DNA of 32,000 nt from NCBI GenBank assembly GCA_041494705.1, contig JBGQBI010000005.1, positions 150,001 to 182,000 of the forward strand. Direction: 5' to 3'. Below the pieces are notes generated by a model. The model was not told the DNA's origin and did no database searches. It saw only the letters and a program-made list of their open reading frames with translations. The translations under genes were made by a program, and so were the position numbers. How positions within the stretch are numbered: the stretch's first letter is position 1; every line of letters begins with the position of its first letter. Shown one piece after another: positions 15,143 to 23,250 of the stretch. This DNA is from Candidatus Methanoperedens sp. GTDB taxonomy: Archaea > Halobacteriota > Methanosarcinia > Methanosarcinales > Methanoperedenaceae.

Positions 15143-15675
15143 CAGAGCATATTAAAATTCCACTTGAGAGGGTGGCGGTTCTTGTTGGCCCGAAAGGGAC
15201 TATTAAACAACTGATTGAAGAAAAATCAACGGCAGCGCTAAATATTGATAGCCAGAGCGGGGATGTCGAGATAGGTGATCCCAAGGACGCTATCAAAGGA
15301 TTGCGGACAAAAGAAGTAGTCCACGCTATAGCGCGCGGTTTCAGCCCTGAAAAAGCCCTTAAGCTGTTCGATGAAGAGCTTCTGCTGTTCGAAACAATGG
15401 ACCTGTCAAATATTGCAAGAACAGAAAAAGACCTGCAGCGTATCAAAGGAAGAATCATAGGTAAAGGTGGTAAATCACGCGAGGTTTTTGAGAGCCTTAC
15501 CAACGTGCATATCTCGGTTTATGGAAAAACAGTGAGCATAATAGGATATCCTGAACAAAATGCGGTGGCAAGAGCAGGCATTGATATGCTCCTTGCAGGC
15601 TCAGCCCATGGACCTGTTTATAGTTTCCTTGAGAAGAAGAAAAGCGAATTGAAACGCGCTGAGCTTGGGTTATAG
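15139..15675 (+). CDS. KH-domain RNA-binding protein (Dim2/Pno1-like)
   Basis: 178 aa with two KH-like GxxG segments (GPKGTIKQL; GKGGKSREV). The ATGA overlap with rio1 and the aIF-1A/Rio/KH gene order fit a known conserved archaeal arrangement. Confidence 0.8.
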   Translation: MTEHIKIPLERVAVLVGPKGTIKQLIEEKSTAALNIDSQSGDVEIGDPKDAIKGLRTKEVVHAIARGFSPEKALKLFDEELLLFETMDLSNIARTEKDLQRIKGRIIGKGGKSREVFESLTNVHISVYGKTVSIIGYPEQNAVARAGIDMLLAGSAHGPVYSFLEKKKSELKRAELGL

Positions 15676-15695
15676 CTTTTGTGCAGGCAAAAAAT

Positions 15696-15830
15696 AACGG
15701 AATAGAGGATTTTCGGGGGATGGACAATTTCCCGCAGGGGATAAAGGATTTCTCTTATGTACAGAGCAATATCCCCAATGGGACAGAGGATTTCCCTTAT
15801 GGAAAAACGGTGAACCCTTCTGCCGGGCAG
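15696..15830 (+). repeat. degenerate tandem repeat, units of 39, 42 and 45 nt
   Basis: The unit core is GGA-n-yA-rAGGATTTyyC. AGGATT starts at 15706, 15745 and 15787. The region is bracketed by TTGTGCAGGC at 15679-15688 and 15869-15878. Confidence 0.6.
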
Positions 15831-16138
15831 GGCTGGGAAGTAGTGGAGAAGTACATTTCATCGCAGAATTGTGCAGGCGGTGAGAAGGGTTTATAGGCAA
15901 AAAACGATAGCAAGCTCATGTACGGGGTATAGAGTGACTGTGGACGATAGGCGTTCTCGTGCATCCATAAGAACGAGTAAAACCAACGTAACCATTGTTG
16001 AACTGAATATGGGCACGGTATGGCTCTATGGTATTTGTTGATTGTCTATGAGAACATAAAAATACGAAGATAAAATGTAGCGAAAGGTTTAATTAATGCA
16101 ATACCTATTTTCATAAGTTTACGCTGGTTGGTGATTAG

Positions 16139-17221
16139 ATGGAAGCAGGTATTGAACAGCTTATAGTGAGTATAGTATCTTTATTAATTGGCATTAGTGC
16201 GAGTCTCATAGCAGCAGTATATTTGAGAAGTAGAAGACCTTTAAAAGTTGTTCTCATTATAGCTCTTTTACTTTTTATAGTGGGTACGCTTATACCATAT
16301 ATATCAATTTCTAGCAAAATCGCTGATGTCCCATATCTAAAGGAATTGTCGGTAGCTGATGCCACTTCCAGACTAGCTGAAAGGGAGCTTAAAGCTGATT
16401 TCTCAGAGCAATATAATGGTGCTGTGGAAAAAGGCAGAGTTATCAATCAGGATACTTCCCCTGGGCTTTCTGTTTGGAAAGGTACAGTAGTACATTTTAT
16501 TGTTAGTAAAGGGCCTCCCATTGGTGTTATTGTAGTAGAATCTATACCATCTGGTGCAGATGTGTATCTTGATGAGACCAGTCAAGGAATCACACCTATA
16601 AATGTTAGTAGTTTATCTGGCAAACATACAGTGAAAATTCAAAAATCAGATTGTATAGATTGGTCGCAGTCATTAACTGTTATAGGTGATAGCACTTCGT
16701 CTGTATATGCACAATTAAATTGTCCTCCTTCTAATAACAAAACAGAAAACACATCAGGCGATGTATATCTTGCAAGTGTCCGAAAATTAAGCTCTGGATA
16801 TGATATAGGAGTAGACGATTCTCAACATATTAGAAACTGGCTCACGGATATGGGGGACTACATGAGAATGACTTATCCTAATGGTTTAGAATGGGGGGCA
16901 GTTTTCATTACTGTAGGAAAACCAAGAGACCCGCCCAGACCATTCAAGGACTTTTCAACATTTAGTACGCTGTCTATGGATTTGAGAGGCGAAAAGGGTG
17001 GAGAGAGTATAGAAATTGGTATCAAGGACAACACAGACCCCGATGATGGTTCTGAAACAAAGTCACCAGTTTATTTAACTACCGAATGGAAGACGTATAC
17101 ATTTCCAATTTCTAAGTTTTATACTGCTGAACCCACAAGACTTTATGTGGTAGCGGAATTTGTCTTCAGTGGATCAAATGCAAAAACCATCTACTTTAGA
17201 AATATCAAATATTTACCCTAA
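16139..17221 (+). CDS. membrane-anchored surface protein: two TM helices, PASTA-like, PEGA-like and a C-terminal CBM/galactose-binding-like beta-sandwich
   Basis: PASTA-like: VPYLKELSVADATSRLAERELKADFSEQYNGAVEKGRVINQDTSPGLSVWKGTVVHFIVSKG. PEGA-like: IVVESIPSGADVYLDETSQGITPINVSSLSGKHTVKIQKSDCIDW. GGTGAT (16130-16135) is a Shine-Dalgarno-like site before the ATG. Confidence 0.7.
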   Translation: MEAGIEQLIVSIVSLLIGISASLIAAVYLRSRRPLKVVLIIALLLFIVGTLIPYISISSKIADVPYLKELSVADATSRLAERELKADFSEQYNGAVEKGRVINQDTSPGLSVWKGTVVHFIVSKGPPIGVIVVESIPSGADVYLDETSQGITPINVSSLSGKHTVKIQKSDCIDWSQSLTVIGDSTSSVYAQLNCPPSNNKTENTSGDVYLASVRKLSSGYDIGVDDSQHIRNWLTDMGDYMRMTYPNGLEWGAVFITVGKPRDPPRPFKDFSTFSTLSMDLRGEKGGESIEIGIKDNTDPDDGSETKSPVYLTTEWKTYTFPISKFYTAEPTRLYVVAEFVFSGSNAKTIYFRNIKYLP

Positions 17222-17279
17222 AAGGATTCTGATTATGCTCGGAACATTGTAGTAATTGGTTGCATGAGGAGGTGTGAAG

Positions 17280-18398
17280 ATGGGAATATTTGATAAGGTG
17301 TTTGGAAAAAAGATAAAAGTGCCTCAGGTAAACGAACAAAGCACTGCAGTCAGTATTCGCACCACGACCGATGAAAAGCCTGACCAAGGGTTGACCGAGC
17401 AATTCGCAAAATTAGAGAAAATGATAGCAGAAATGCAGGAGAGTAAACGCTCACTAAGACATGAACTGGCCACTGTTAACTTCGTCATTGCATCACTCCA
17501 ACCGAAAGCGCAGGAACTAGGGGATGCCCCTTCGCCAGTGAGAGAAGCACTGAAACACTATGTGACTACAAAAGAAAGCCTTAGTGACTCACTTGACGCA
17601 GTGAATGACACTCTGCGAAATTTGTCGGAAGTGGAAGCAATGGTCGTTGATGCTATCAAACATCTGCCCGGCGGTTGGAAATGGGAAAAAAAACCTTTTA
17701 ATTACTCTGAGACGTATTTGTTTTGCTGGAACGAAATTCCAGGAAACGATAATGGCGCGAGCTGCGCTCATCCGGATGCGTGGGTGTGCACTGGGATGGA
17801 AATGGATATTATAAGGCTCAAAGAATTTCTATCACAGAAATATGGTATTGATTGGGTGAAAACTGCAAAAATTGAAAAAATCGATGATGGTAAGACTATC
17901 CAACTATCTAACGAACAAAATTCTATTTCACTAAAACTTAATACTGAAAAAACTGAAGTAAATTTAAAAATCGATAATGGTAGAAATGATAAATTCATAG
18001 CAGAGATAAGAAATGGTAAGCTAAACATAAGCTATGAGAATTATGAGAAATATACATCTCGGAAAGATGAAAAAGGGAATGATAGAGTGAATGCAATAGT
18101 GGCTCTTGGAAAGATTGGGGAACCAGCAGTAGAACCTCTTATCAGGGCTTTGAAAGATGAAAACGATGATGTTAGAGCGCATGCAGCATATGCTCTTGGA
18201 AAGATAGGGAAACCTGCAATAGAACCTCTTATCAGGGCTTTGAAAGATGAAAATGAGGATGTTCGAAGGATGGCGGTAGTGGCCCTTGGAGAGATGGGAG
18301 ATGCTCGAGCAAGAGAATATCTTAGCCAAGCTATGACCGATGAATCTGAAACTGTTAGGGAAATTGCAAAAGCAGCTTTAGAGAGGATAAAGGGATAA
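17280..18398 (+). CDS. coiled-coil / beta-rich module / HEAT (PBS-lyase type) repeat protein
   Basis: The C-terminus has at least three 30-aa repeats ([30 protein letters not shown] and similar). I chose the ATG at 17280, which is preceded by GAGGAGGTG (17266-17274). The track start is the GTG at 17274. Confidence 0.7.
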   Translation: MGIFDKVFGKKIKVPQVNEQSTAVSIRTTTDEKPDQGLTEQFAKLEKMIAEMQESKRSLRHELATVNFVIASLQPKAQELGDAPSPVREALKHYVTTKESLSDSLDAVNDTLRNLSEVEAMVVDAIKHLPGGWKWEKKPFNYSETYLFCWNEIPGNDNGASCAHPDAWVCTGMEMDIIRLKEFLSQKYGIDWVKTAKIEKIDDGKTIQLSNEQNSISLKLNTEKTEVNLKIDNGRNDKFIAEIRNGKLNISYENYEKYTSRKDEKGNDRVNAIVALGKIGEPAVEPLIRALKDENDDVRAHAAYALGKIGKPAIEPLIRALKDENEDVRRMAVVALGEMGDARAREYLSQAMTDESETVREIAKAALERIKG

Positions 18399-18494
18399 AG
18401 GCGGAGAAAAGCTGAATCTGATCATTTTCGTGCCCCTTCTGTCGAAAAAAAACCAAAATAACAAACAGCCAATAGAAACCTCATGCACCCGCGC

Positions 18495-18600
18495 CGATGC
18501 CCTCCGAATTCATTCGGGGGTCGGTTACTTCGTTCGGGTCGGACAACTGGCGGTTATGCGGTTCGCTCCCTTCGGTCGCAACTTCGCATTACCCACCAAG
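18495..18600. repeat. GC-rich structured block in a convergent intergenic gap
   Basis: Hairpin CCTCCGAA/TTCGGGGG (18501-18520). Outer stem GGTTATGCG (18552-18560) pairs with CGCATTACC (18585-18593). GCGAA/TTCGG motifs recur at about 7-nt spacing. GC content is much higher than in the AT-rich flanks. Confidence 0.45.
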
Positions 18601-18642
18601 CCGTTATATGAAAATTCTGTCCTTCACCTAATTTAATAGATT

Positions 18643-19734
18643 TCAATACTCTTTTATTATCTCATAATTCGTAGTCCTTTCTATCGGAACCCTGCCTGCA
18701 TTTCTTATTAATCGGATCAGCCTCTCTTTTGGCATATACTCCGGCGTTGCGCCGCCGGCAGCATGTGTGATGCGTTCCTCCATCACAGTGCCGTCGATAT
18801 CGTTTGCGCCATAATGCAGCGCTACCTGCGCAAGTTTCTCGCCCACCATGACCCAGTATGTTTTGATATTGTTTATATAGCCGTTTAATAAAAGACGTGA
18901 GACTGCAATTATTTTAAGGTCGTCAAAACCTGTTGGACCGTATCGCACGAGCCCATTTTTTTGTAGCTCTGTATTATCAGGGTGAAATTTCAGGGGAATG
19001 AACGCCTGGAATCCGCCGGTTTTTTCCTGCAATTTTCTTATCCTGAGAATATGGTCTACAATATCGGAATGCGTCTCGATATGCCCGTAAAGCATCGTAG
19101 CATTGCTTTTTATTCCGAGGCTGTGGGCGGTTTCCATTACCTTGAGCCATTGCTCACCCGTTATTTTATCGGGGCAGACTTTTTTCCGCGTTTCTTCGTT
19201 GAATATCTCGCCGCCGCCGCCGGGAAGACCCGTAAGTCCCGCTTTCTTAAGACGCAGGAGTACTTCCCTGACACTCATACCCGAAGTCTTCGCAAGGTGG
19301 GCAATTTCAACAGCCGTGTATGCTTTGAGGGACATATCAGGATACTTTTGATGAAGCCGGCTGAGTATTTCTTCGTAATATTCAAAAGGGAGTTTGGGAT
19401 TTAGCGAACCCACGATGTGCAATTCAGTCGCCCCCATATTCGAGGCTTTTTCCGCTTTTTCCATTATTTCATCGGTAGTTAGAGTGAAGGCTCCATTCTG
19501 CCCCTCCTCTCTGAAATAAGCACAGAACCTGCATTTCGAGGTGCAGACGTTGGTATAGTTTATGTGGCAGTTGGTCACGAACATGACACCATCGCCAGCG
19601 GTTTTTTGCCTTACATAATCCGCAAGCGCTCCGATGAGAGGGAGGTTTTTTGACTCCATGAGGAGCATCCCGTCTTCGAAATCCAGTTCTTCAGAAGCCT
19701 GTATTTTTTCTATTATTCCAGAGAGTTCTTCCAT
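18643..19734 (-). CDS. radical SAM enzyme of the CofH/MqnC/MqnE family, closest to the futalosine-pathway (Mqn) type
   Basis: CTSKCRFC cluster motif in NYTNVCTSKCRFCAYF. LPGGGGEIF and GGFQAFIPLKFHPDNT resemble my recollection of MqnC/MqnE more than CofH (which has TEFVPL). I chose the ATG at 19734 (MEELSG). The track start is a TTG at 19797. Confidence 0.7.
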   Translation of the reverse strand: MEELSGIIEKIQASEELDFEDGMLLMESKNLPLIGALADYVRQKTAGDGVMFVTNCHINYTNVCTSKCRFCAYFREEGQNGAFTLTTDEIMEKAEKASNMGATELHIVGSLNPKLPFEYYEEILSRLHQKYPDMSLKAYTAVEIAHLAKTSGMSVREVLLRLKKAGLTGLPGGGGEIFNEETRKKVCPDKITGEQWLKVMETAHSLGIKSNATMLYGHIETHSDIVDHILRIRKLQEKTGGFQAFIPLKFHPDNTELQKNGLVRYGPTGFDDLKIIAVSRLLLNGYINNIKTYWVMVGEKLAQVALHYGANDIDGTVMEERITHAAGGATPEYMPKERLIRLIRNAGRVPIERTTNYEIIKEY

Positions 19735-19861
19735 TGAATTGTCTTTTATATGCAGATGGTAAATAAGAGCATCGTTTAATGTTATAGTCCTCCGCAAAAA
19801 TTAATAGAGTAACATCAAAAATTTTGTCAGCTTATTAAAATGTGCCCCAACAAGGATAATC

Positions 19862-19931
19862 AACCACGGAGGACACAGAGAGCACAGAGAGTTGTGGTTT
19901 TTGCTCTGTGTCCTCTGTGAACTCTGTGGTT
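19862..19931. repeat. long hairpin built from heptamer triplets (CACAGAG x3)
   Basis: The left arm is aac-CACGGAG-ga-CACAGAG-ag-CACAGAG (19862-19889). The loop is agttgtggtttttg. The right arm is CTCTGTG-tc-CTCTGTG-aa-CTCTGTG-gtt (19904-19931). Confidence 0.75.
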
Positions 19932-19960
19932 TATACCATTATCAGAGGTTATGTGGGGGA

Positions 19961-20791
19961 CTATATTTTTTTTATCCTGTCATATTCTTTTTTCAGCGCC
20001 ATCGCATCAGTTTCAAGATTCGGGCTTTCACTGATAACCATCCCCCGAATGTCAAAATCCGAAAAAGCCTGCGCAAGCTCCTTATATTTGAAATCCGATT
20101 CAGAAAATACAAGATGTTTTTTCTCGCCTTTATCCGAGTATTCTATCCCTGAAACGTGTATATGCATATTGTCAAGCCCAAAACGCCCAAGTTTGTCTTC
20201 CACTCTCGAAAAAACCGTGTCAAATTCCTCTCTTGAATTATATTTCCCGGTCAATGCATGAAGATGGGAGAAATCAACACATGGCAAAACCCCTTCCACT
20301 TCAGTAATTTCAAGCACTTCATCCAGCGTTCCGAATTGGGAATACCGTCCCATTGTTTCAATCCGCAATATGATGTCTATATCTTCTTTTTCTAATTGTT
20401 CCCAGATATCAATAAGCTCTTTTTTTATTTTTTCATAAACTGCCCGCCTTCCGCCGCCCTGGATAAAACCCGCATGGATTACCACGCTTTTTGCTCCGCA
20501 TACGCTTCCGATTCTTGCTGAATTCAGGATTCTTTCCTTGCTTTTGATTAGCGTTTCACCTTCAGCATTGAGGTTGATATAATAAGGGGCATGCACACTC
20601 AATCTTACCTCCAGCTTCTTTGCAACTTCCCTCACACTGCGCGCCGTCTTCTCTCCCATCTTAACGCCGCGGACAAATTCAAGTTCCATGCACCCAAGAC
20701 CCAATTCGTGCACTCGCCCGATGCCCGATATACTGTCATTTCCTTTTGAGCTTAATGGTGTGCCTGCCGTGCCAAAGAGCAGGTGTTCCAT
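19961..20791 (-). CDS. nfo: endonuclease IV family AP endonuclease (xylose-isomerase-like TIM barrel)
   Basis: 276 aa with SVHAPYYINL, VVIHAGF, RIETMG, VDFSHLHA and HIHVSG, a series of metal-ligand-like motifs in family order. Confidence 0.7.
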   Translation of the reverse strand: MEHLLFGTAGTPLSSKGNDSISGIGRVHELGLGCMELEFVRGVKMGEKTARSVREVAKKLEVRLSVHAPYYINLNAEGETLIKSKERILNSARIGSVCGAKSVVIHAGFIQGGGRRAVYEKIKKELIDIWEQLEKEDIDIILRIETMGRYSQFGTLDEVLEITEVEGVLPCVDFSHLHALTGKYNSREEFDTVFSRVEDKLGRFGLDNMHIHVSGIEYSDKGEKKHLVFSESDFKYKELAQAFSDFDIRGMVISESPNLETDAMALKKEYDRIKKI

Positions 20792-20797
20792 TCAGGT

Positions 20798-21313
20798 TCA
20801 ACCCTCTATCGTGGGAGGGGAATAACCATACCAGGAGCCTTCCTGCTCAAGGTAATATAAAGCATCCTCAAGGGTCTTTTTATGTTCCTCCTCGAAATGC
20901 ACGAGTTTTAAGAACAATTCTTTACTTGACTTAATATCAATCTTTTGTGCGCCGGTTGAATATAGCTCAATAGACCTCTTCTCTGTCCGTATCCCGAGCG
21001 TCAAAACATCTTTTGTCTCGGAGATGCCCAAAGGTTCAAGAGATTCGGGGAAAATCCGCTTTGCTTTTTCCCTGTTCTCTTCATCAAGCTCTGCGATATC
21101 AACAGGCTTCCCTGATACTTTTTTATATTCTTTCTCAAGAAGCGCCTTATGTTCTCCCTCGTCCCTTGCAAGTCCTTTGAAAATAGACTTTGCATTATCA
21201 TCTTCGACAAGTTCGCTGAATATCGAATAGTATTCCGTGCCATAAATCTCAATCGATATCGCCTCTTTTAAAATTTCAAGAAGCATCCTGTTCTGGTCGT
21301 TCGTAATGTTCAC
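20798..21313 (-). CDS. ferritin-like / rubrerythrin-type diiron four-helix-bundle protein
   Basis: Two E...ExxH pairs: IEIYGTEYY...DEGEHKAL and SIELYS...EEEHKKTL. It lies 6 nt upstream of nfo on the same strand. Confidence 0.65.
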   Translation of the reverse strand: MNITNDQNRMLLEILKEAISIEIYGTEYYSIFSELVEDDNAKSIFKGLARDEGEHKALLEKEYKKVSGKPVDIAELDEENREKAKRIFPESLEPLGISETKDVLTLGIRTEKRSIELYSTGAQKIDIKSSKELFLKLVHFEEEHKKTLEDALYYLEQEGSWYGYSPPTIEG

Positions 21314-21425
21314 CCATTAAAAGTTGAATGCAATAGGTAATAAAGATTGGTATATACCGATAACTTGACAGAGCCGTATATACAATACTTTTAAAAAGGG
21401 AAAAGCCCATACCTATCAAAATAAC

Positions 21426-22241
21426 ATGACCGACCATCCAAAAGTCAAGAATTACATGACACAGGACGTAGATACCGTTTCCCCGGAGAATACAGTCAAG
21501 GATGTCATAAATATGATTCGAAAGACGGGGCACGATGGTTTTCCCGTGGTAGAGGATAGCAAAGTCACAGGATACGTATCGGCTTCAAATTTGCTTGAAA
21601 AATCACTGGATGAGAAAATCTCCAATGTCATGACACGGGACATACTTGTCGCTGATACCGAGATGGAGATGAGCGATGTGGCGCGCGTCATATTTAGGTC
21701 GGGTAAATCAAAACTGCCTGTAGTAGACCAGAACATGCACCTGCGGGGCATTATTACGAATTCCGATGTCATCCGTTCGCATATCGAACGAACAAGCCCG
21801 CAAAAAGTCTGGACGCTCAAGAAAACGCTTGAAGCAATCCACAATATACATGTGGATGTAGTTCGCGAAACGGTCAACATTGATGAACTTGTGCCCACGC
21901 AGCCCAAAGTCTATGCAGACGAGCTTGATGGAAGGATATACGAACTTAAGAAGGGGCTTGCCGAACCGATAGTTGTGATTAAAAAAACCAATAAACTCAT
22001 TCTCGTGGACGGCCATCACAGGGTAATAGCTGCAAAAAAACTCGGAATAAAAACTATGGATGCATACGTCATTCCGCTGGGGGATGAAATCCATCTCGGG
22101 ATGGAAAAGACAGCTGCCACATCAGGGCTTCATTCATTATCGGACATCAAAATTCTTGATTATGCAAAACATCCTCTAATAGAGATAACAAAGAGACTTA
22201 AAAAAGATGATGAAAACGGTCTTGCAAAATTCTCTCAATGA
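21426..22241 (+). CDS. CBS-pair plus ParB/sulfiredoxin-like domain protein
   Basis: The N-terminus is a CBS pair (VKNYMTQDVDTVSPENTV...; VMTRDILVADTEMEMSDV...). The C-terminus is ParB-N-like (LVPTQPKVY...LILVDGHHRVIAAKKLG). Confidence 0.7.
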   Translation: MTDHPKVKNYMTQDVDTVSPENTVKDVINMIRKTGHDGFPVVEDSKVTGYVSASNLLEKSLDEKISNVMTRDILVADTEMEMSDVARVIFRSGKSKLPVVDQNMHLRGIITNSDVIRSHIERTSPQKVWTLKKTLEAIHNIHVDVVRETVNIDELVPTQPKVYADELDGRIYELKKGLAEPIVVIKKTNKLILVDGHHRVIAAKKLGIKTMDAYVIPLGDEIHLGMEKTAATSGLHSLSDIKILDYAKHPLIEITKRLKKDDENGLAKFSQ

Positions 22242-22259
22242 TTGCCAACGCCCGTATTC

Positions 22260-23135
22260 TTAATAAAAAGCAAGCCTGCTTAAGATATCTGTTTTTGAGA
22301 TAAGCCCGACCAGTTCCCCGTTAACCCTAATCATTAGCCTTCCCACTCTTTCTTTATTGAATATCTTTACAACTTCATAAAGAGGTGTTTCACCATCAAC
22401 AGAGATTATTTCTTTTGTCATTATGTCCTTTATTTTCAGGCTGGTCTTACCTTCTGCAAGTGTTTTTCCAATATCTGTAAGGGTGACTATTCCTACAATC
22501 CCGTCCTTATCTTTTACAGGAGCGCCATGGATTTTGTTATTAACGAGTATCCTTGAAGCTTCCTGTATTGTTGCTGTCGCAGGGATTGTTATCGGATTTT
22601 CCTTGATATAGTTTTTAATGGGTTTTTTTGGAAGGGATATCATTTCCTGAATTACGAATAATATTGAATTCTGGGTATCATCCCTGCCAATGACCGAGCC
22701 GCGTATTATAAGTTTATTTACAGGGGTGGGTCCTATTAGAATATTGTCCCCAACATCGAATTTTCGTATATCCCCGATAACATGGACGGTAGCATTGCAA
22801 AGGTCAGGATGCCTGACGGTGGTAAAACTGATTTCCGACGCAGTGGCATTTTCAATCAGTTCATCATTCCGTCTTATGGGCACGTTTGTTTCTTTGTCCA
22901 TTTCGGATAGGCTCAATACCCTGTATGTTGCGCCTGTTGCTTTATATCCGCCTTTGGGTCCGGGCACTCCTTCAACCAATCCAAGCGCTTTTAGTGATTG
23001 CATCTGATTACGGACCGTTCCAGGGTTCCGTTTTATGATCTCTGCAATGTCTTCTCCTTTGATTGCCTGTTTTCTTGTTCTGTATAGATTAATTAAGGCT
23101 ATTAAAATCTCTTTCTGGATTGGCGTTAGTTCCAT
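22260..23135 (-). CDS. transcriptional regulator: N-terminal wHTH, middle domain, C-terminal CBS pair (COG2524-like)
   Basis: LTPIQKEILIALINLY...GEDIAEIIKRNPGTVRNQMQSLKALGLVEG, followed by a CBS pair (ITIPATATIQEASRILVNNKIHGAPV...; IMTKEIISVDGETPLYEVV...). Confidence 0.7.
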   Translation of the reverse strand: MELTPIQKEILIALINLYRTRKQAIKGEDIAEIIKRNPGTVRNQMQSLKALGLVEGVPGPKGGYKATGATYRVLSLSEMDKETNVPIRRNDELIENATASEISFTTVRHPDLCNATVHVIGDIRKFDVGDNILIGPTPVNKLIIRGSVIGRDDTQNSILFVIQEMISLPKKPIKNYIKENPITIPATATIQEASRILVNNKIHGAPVKDKDGIVGIVTLTDIGKTLAEGKTSLKIKDIMTKEIISVDGETPLYEVVKIFNKERVGRLMIRVNGELVGLISKTDILSRLAFY

Positions 23136-23250
23136 AAATCTTAGACTCTCCCTTTTTGATAGTATATTGGAGTGGTATATATATATTTATTGATGATGAC
23201 AATTAAGACAGTATCATCTTCACTTCTATCCTATAAAAGTATAAATAGTG

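Noticed and set aside
15670-15900. Calling either the 71-aa (+) or the 76-aa (-) ORF a CDS
   Set aside because: Both frames are open only because of the repeat structure. There is no RBS and no way to choose a strand. It is reported as a repeat and as a finding instead of as a gene.
18102-18371. A 90-nt periodic nucleotide repeat that could be mistaken for a repeat array
   Set aside because: It is in frame and encodes 30-aa HEAT/PBS-lyase repeats of the 17280-18398 protein. It has no spacer structure and is not a CRISPR array.
18430-18636. 68-aa plus-strand ORF
   Set aside because: It coincides with the GC-rich hairpin block. It has no RBS, no coding-like composition and no recognisable domain.
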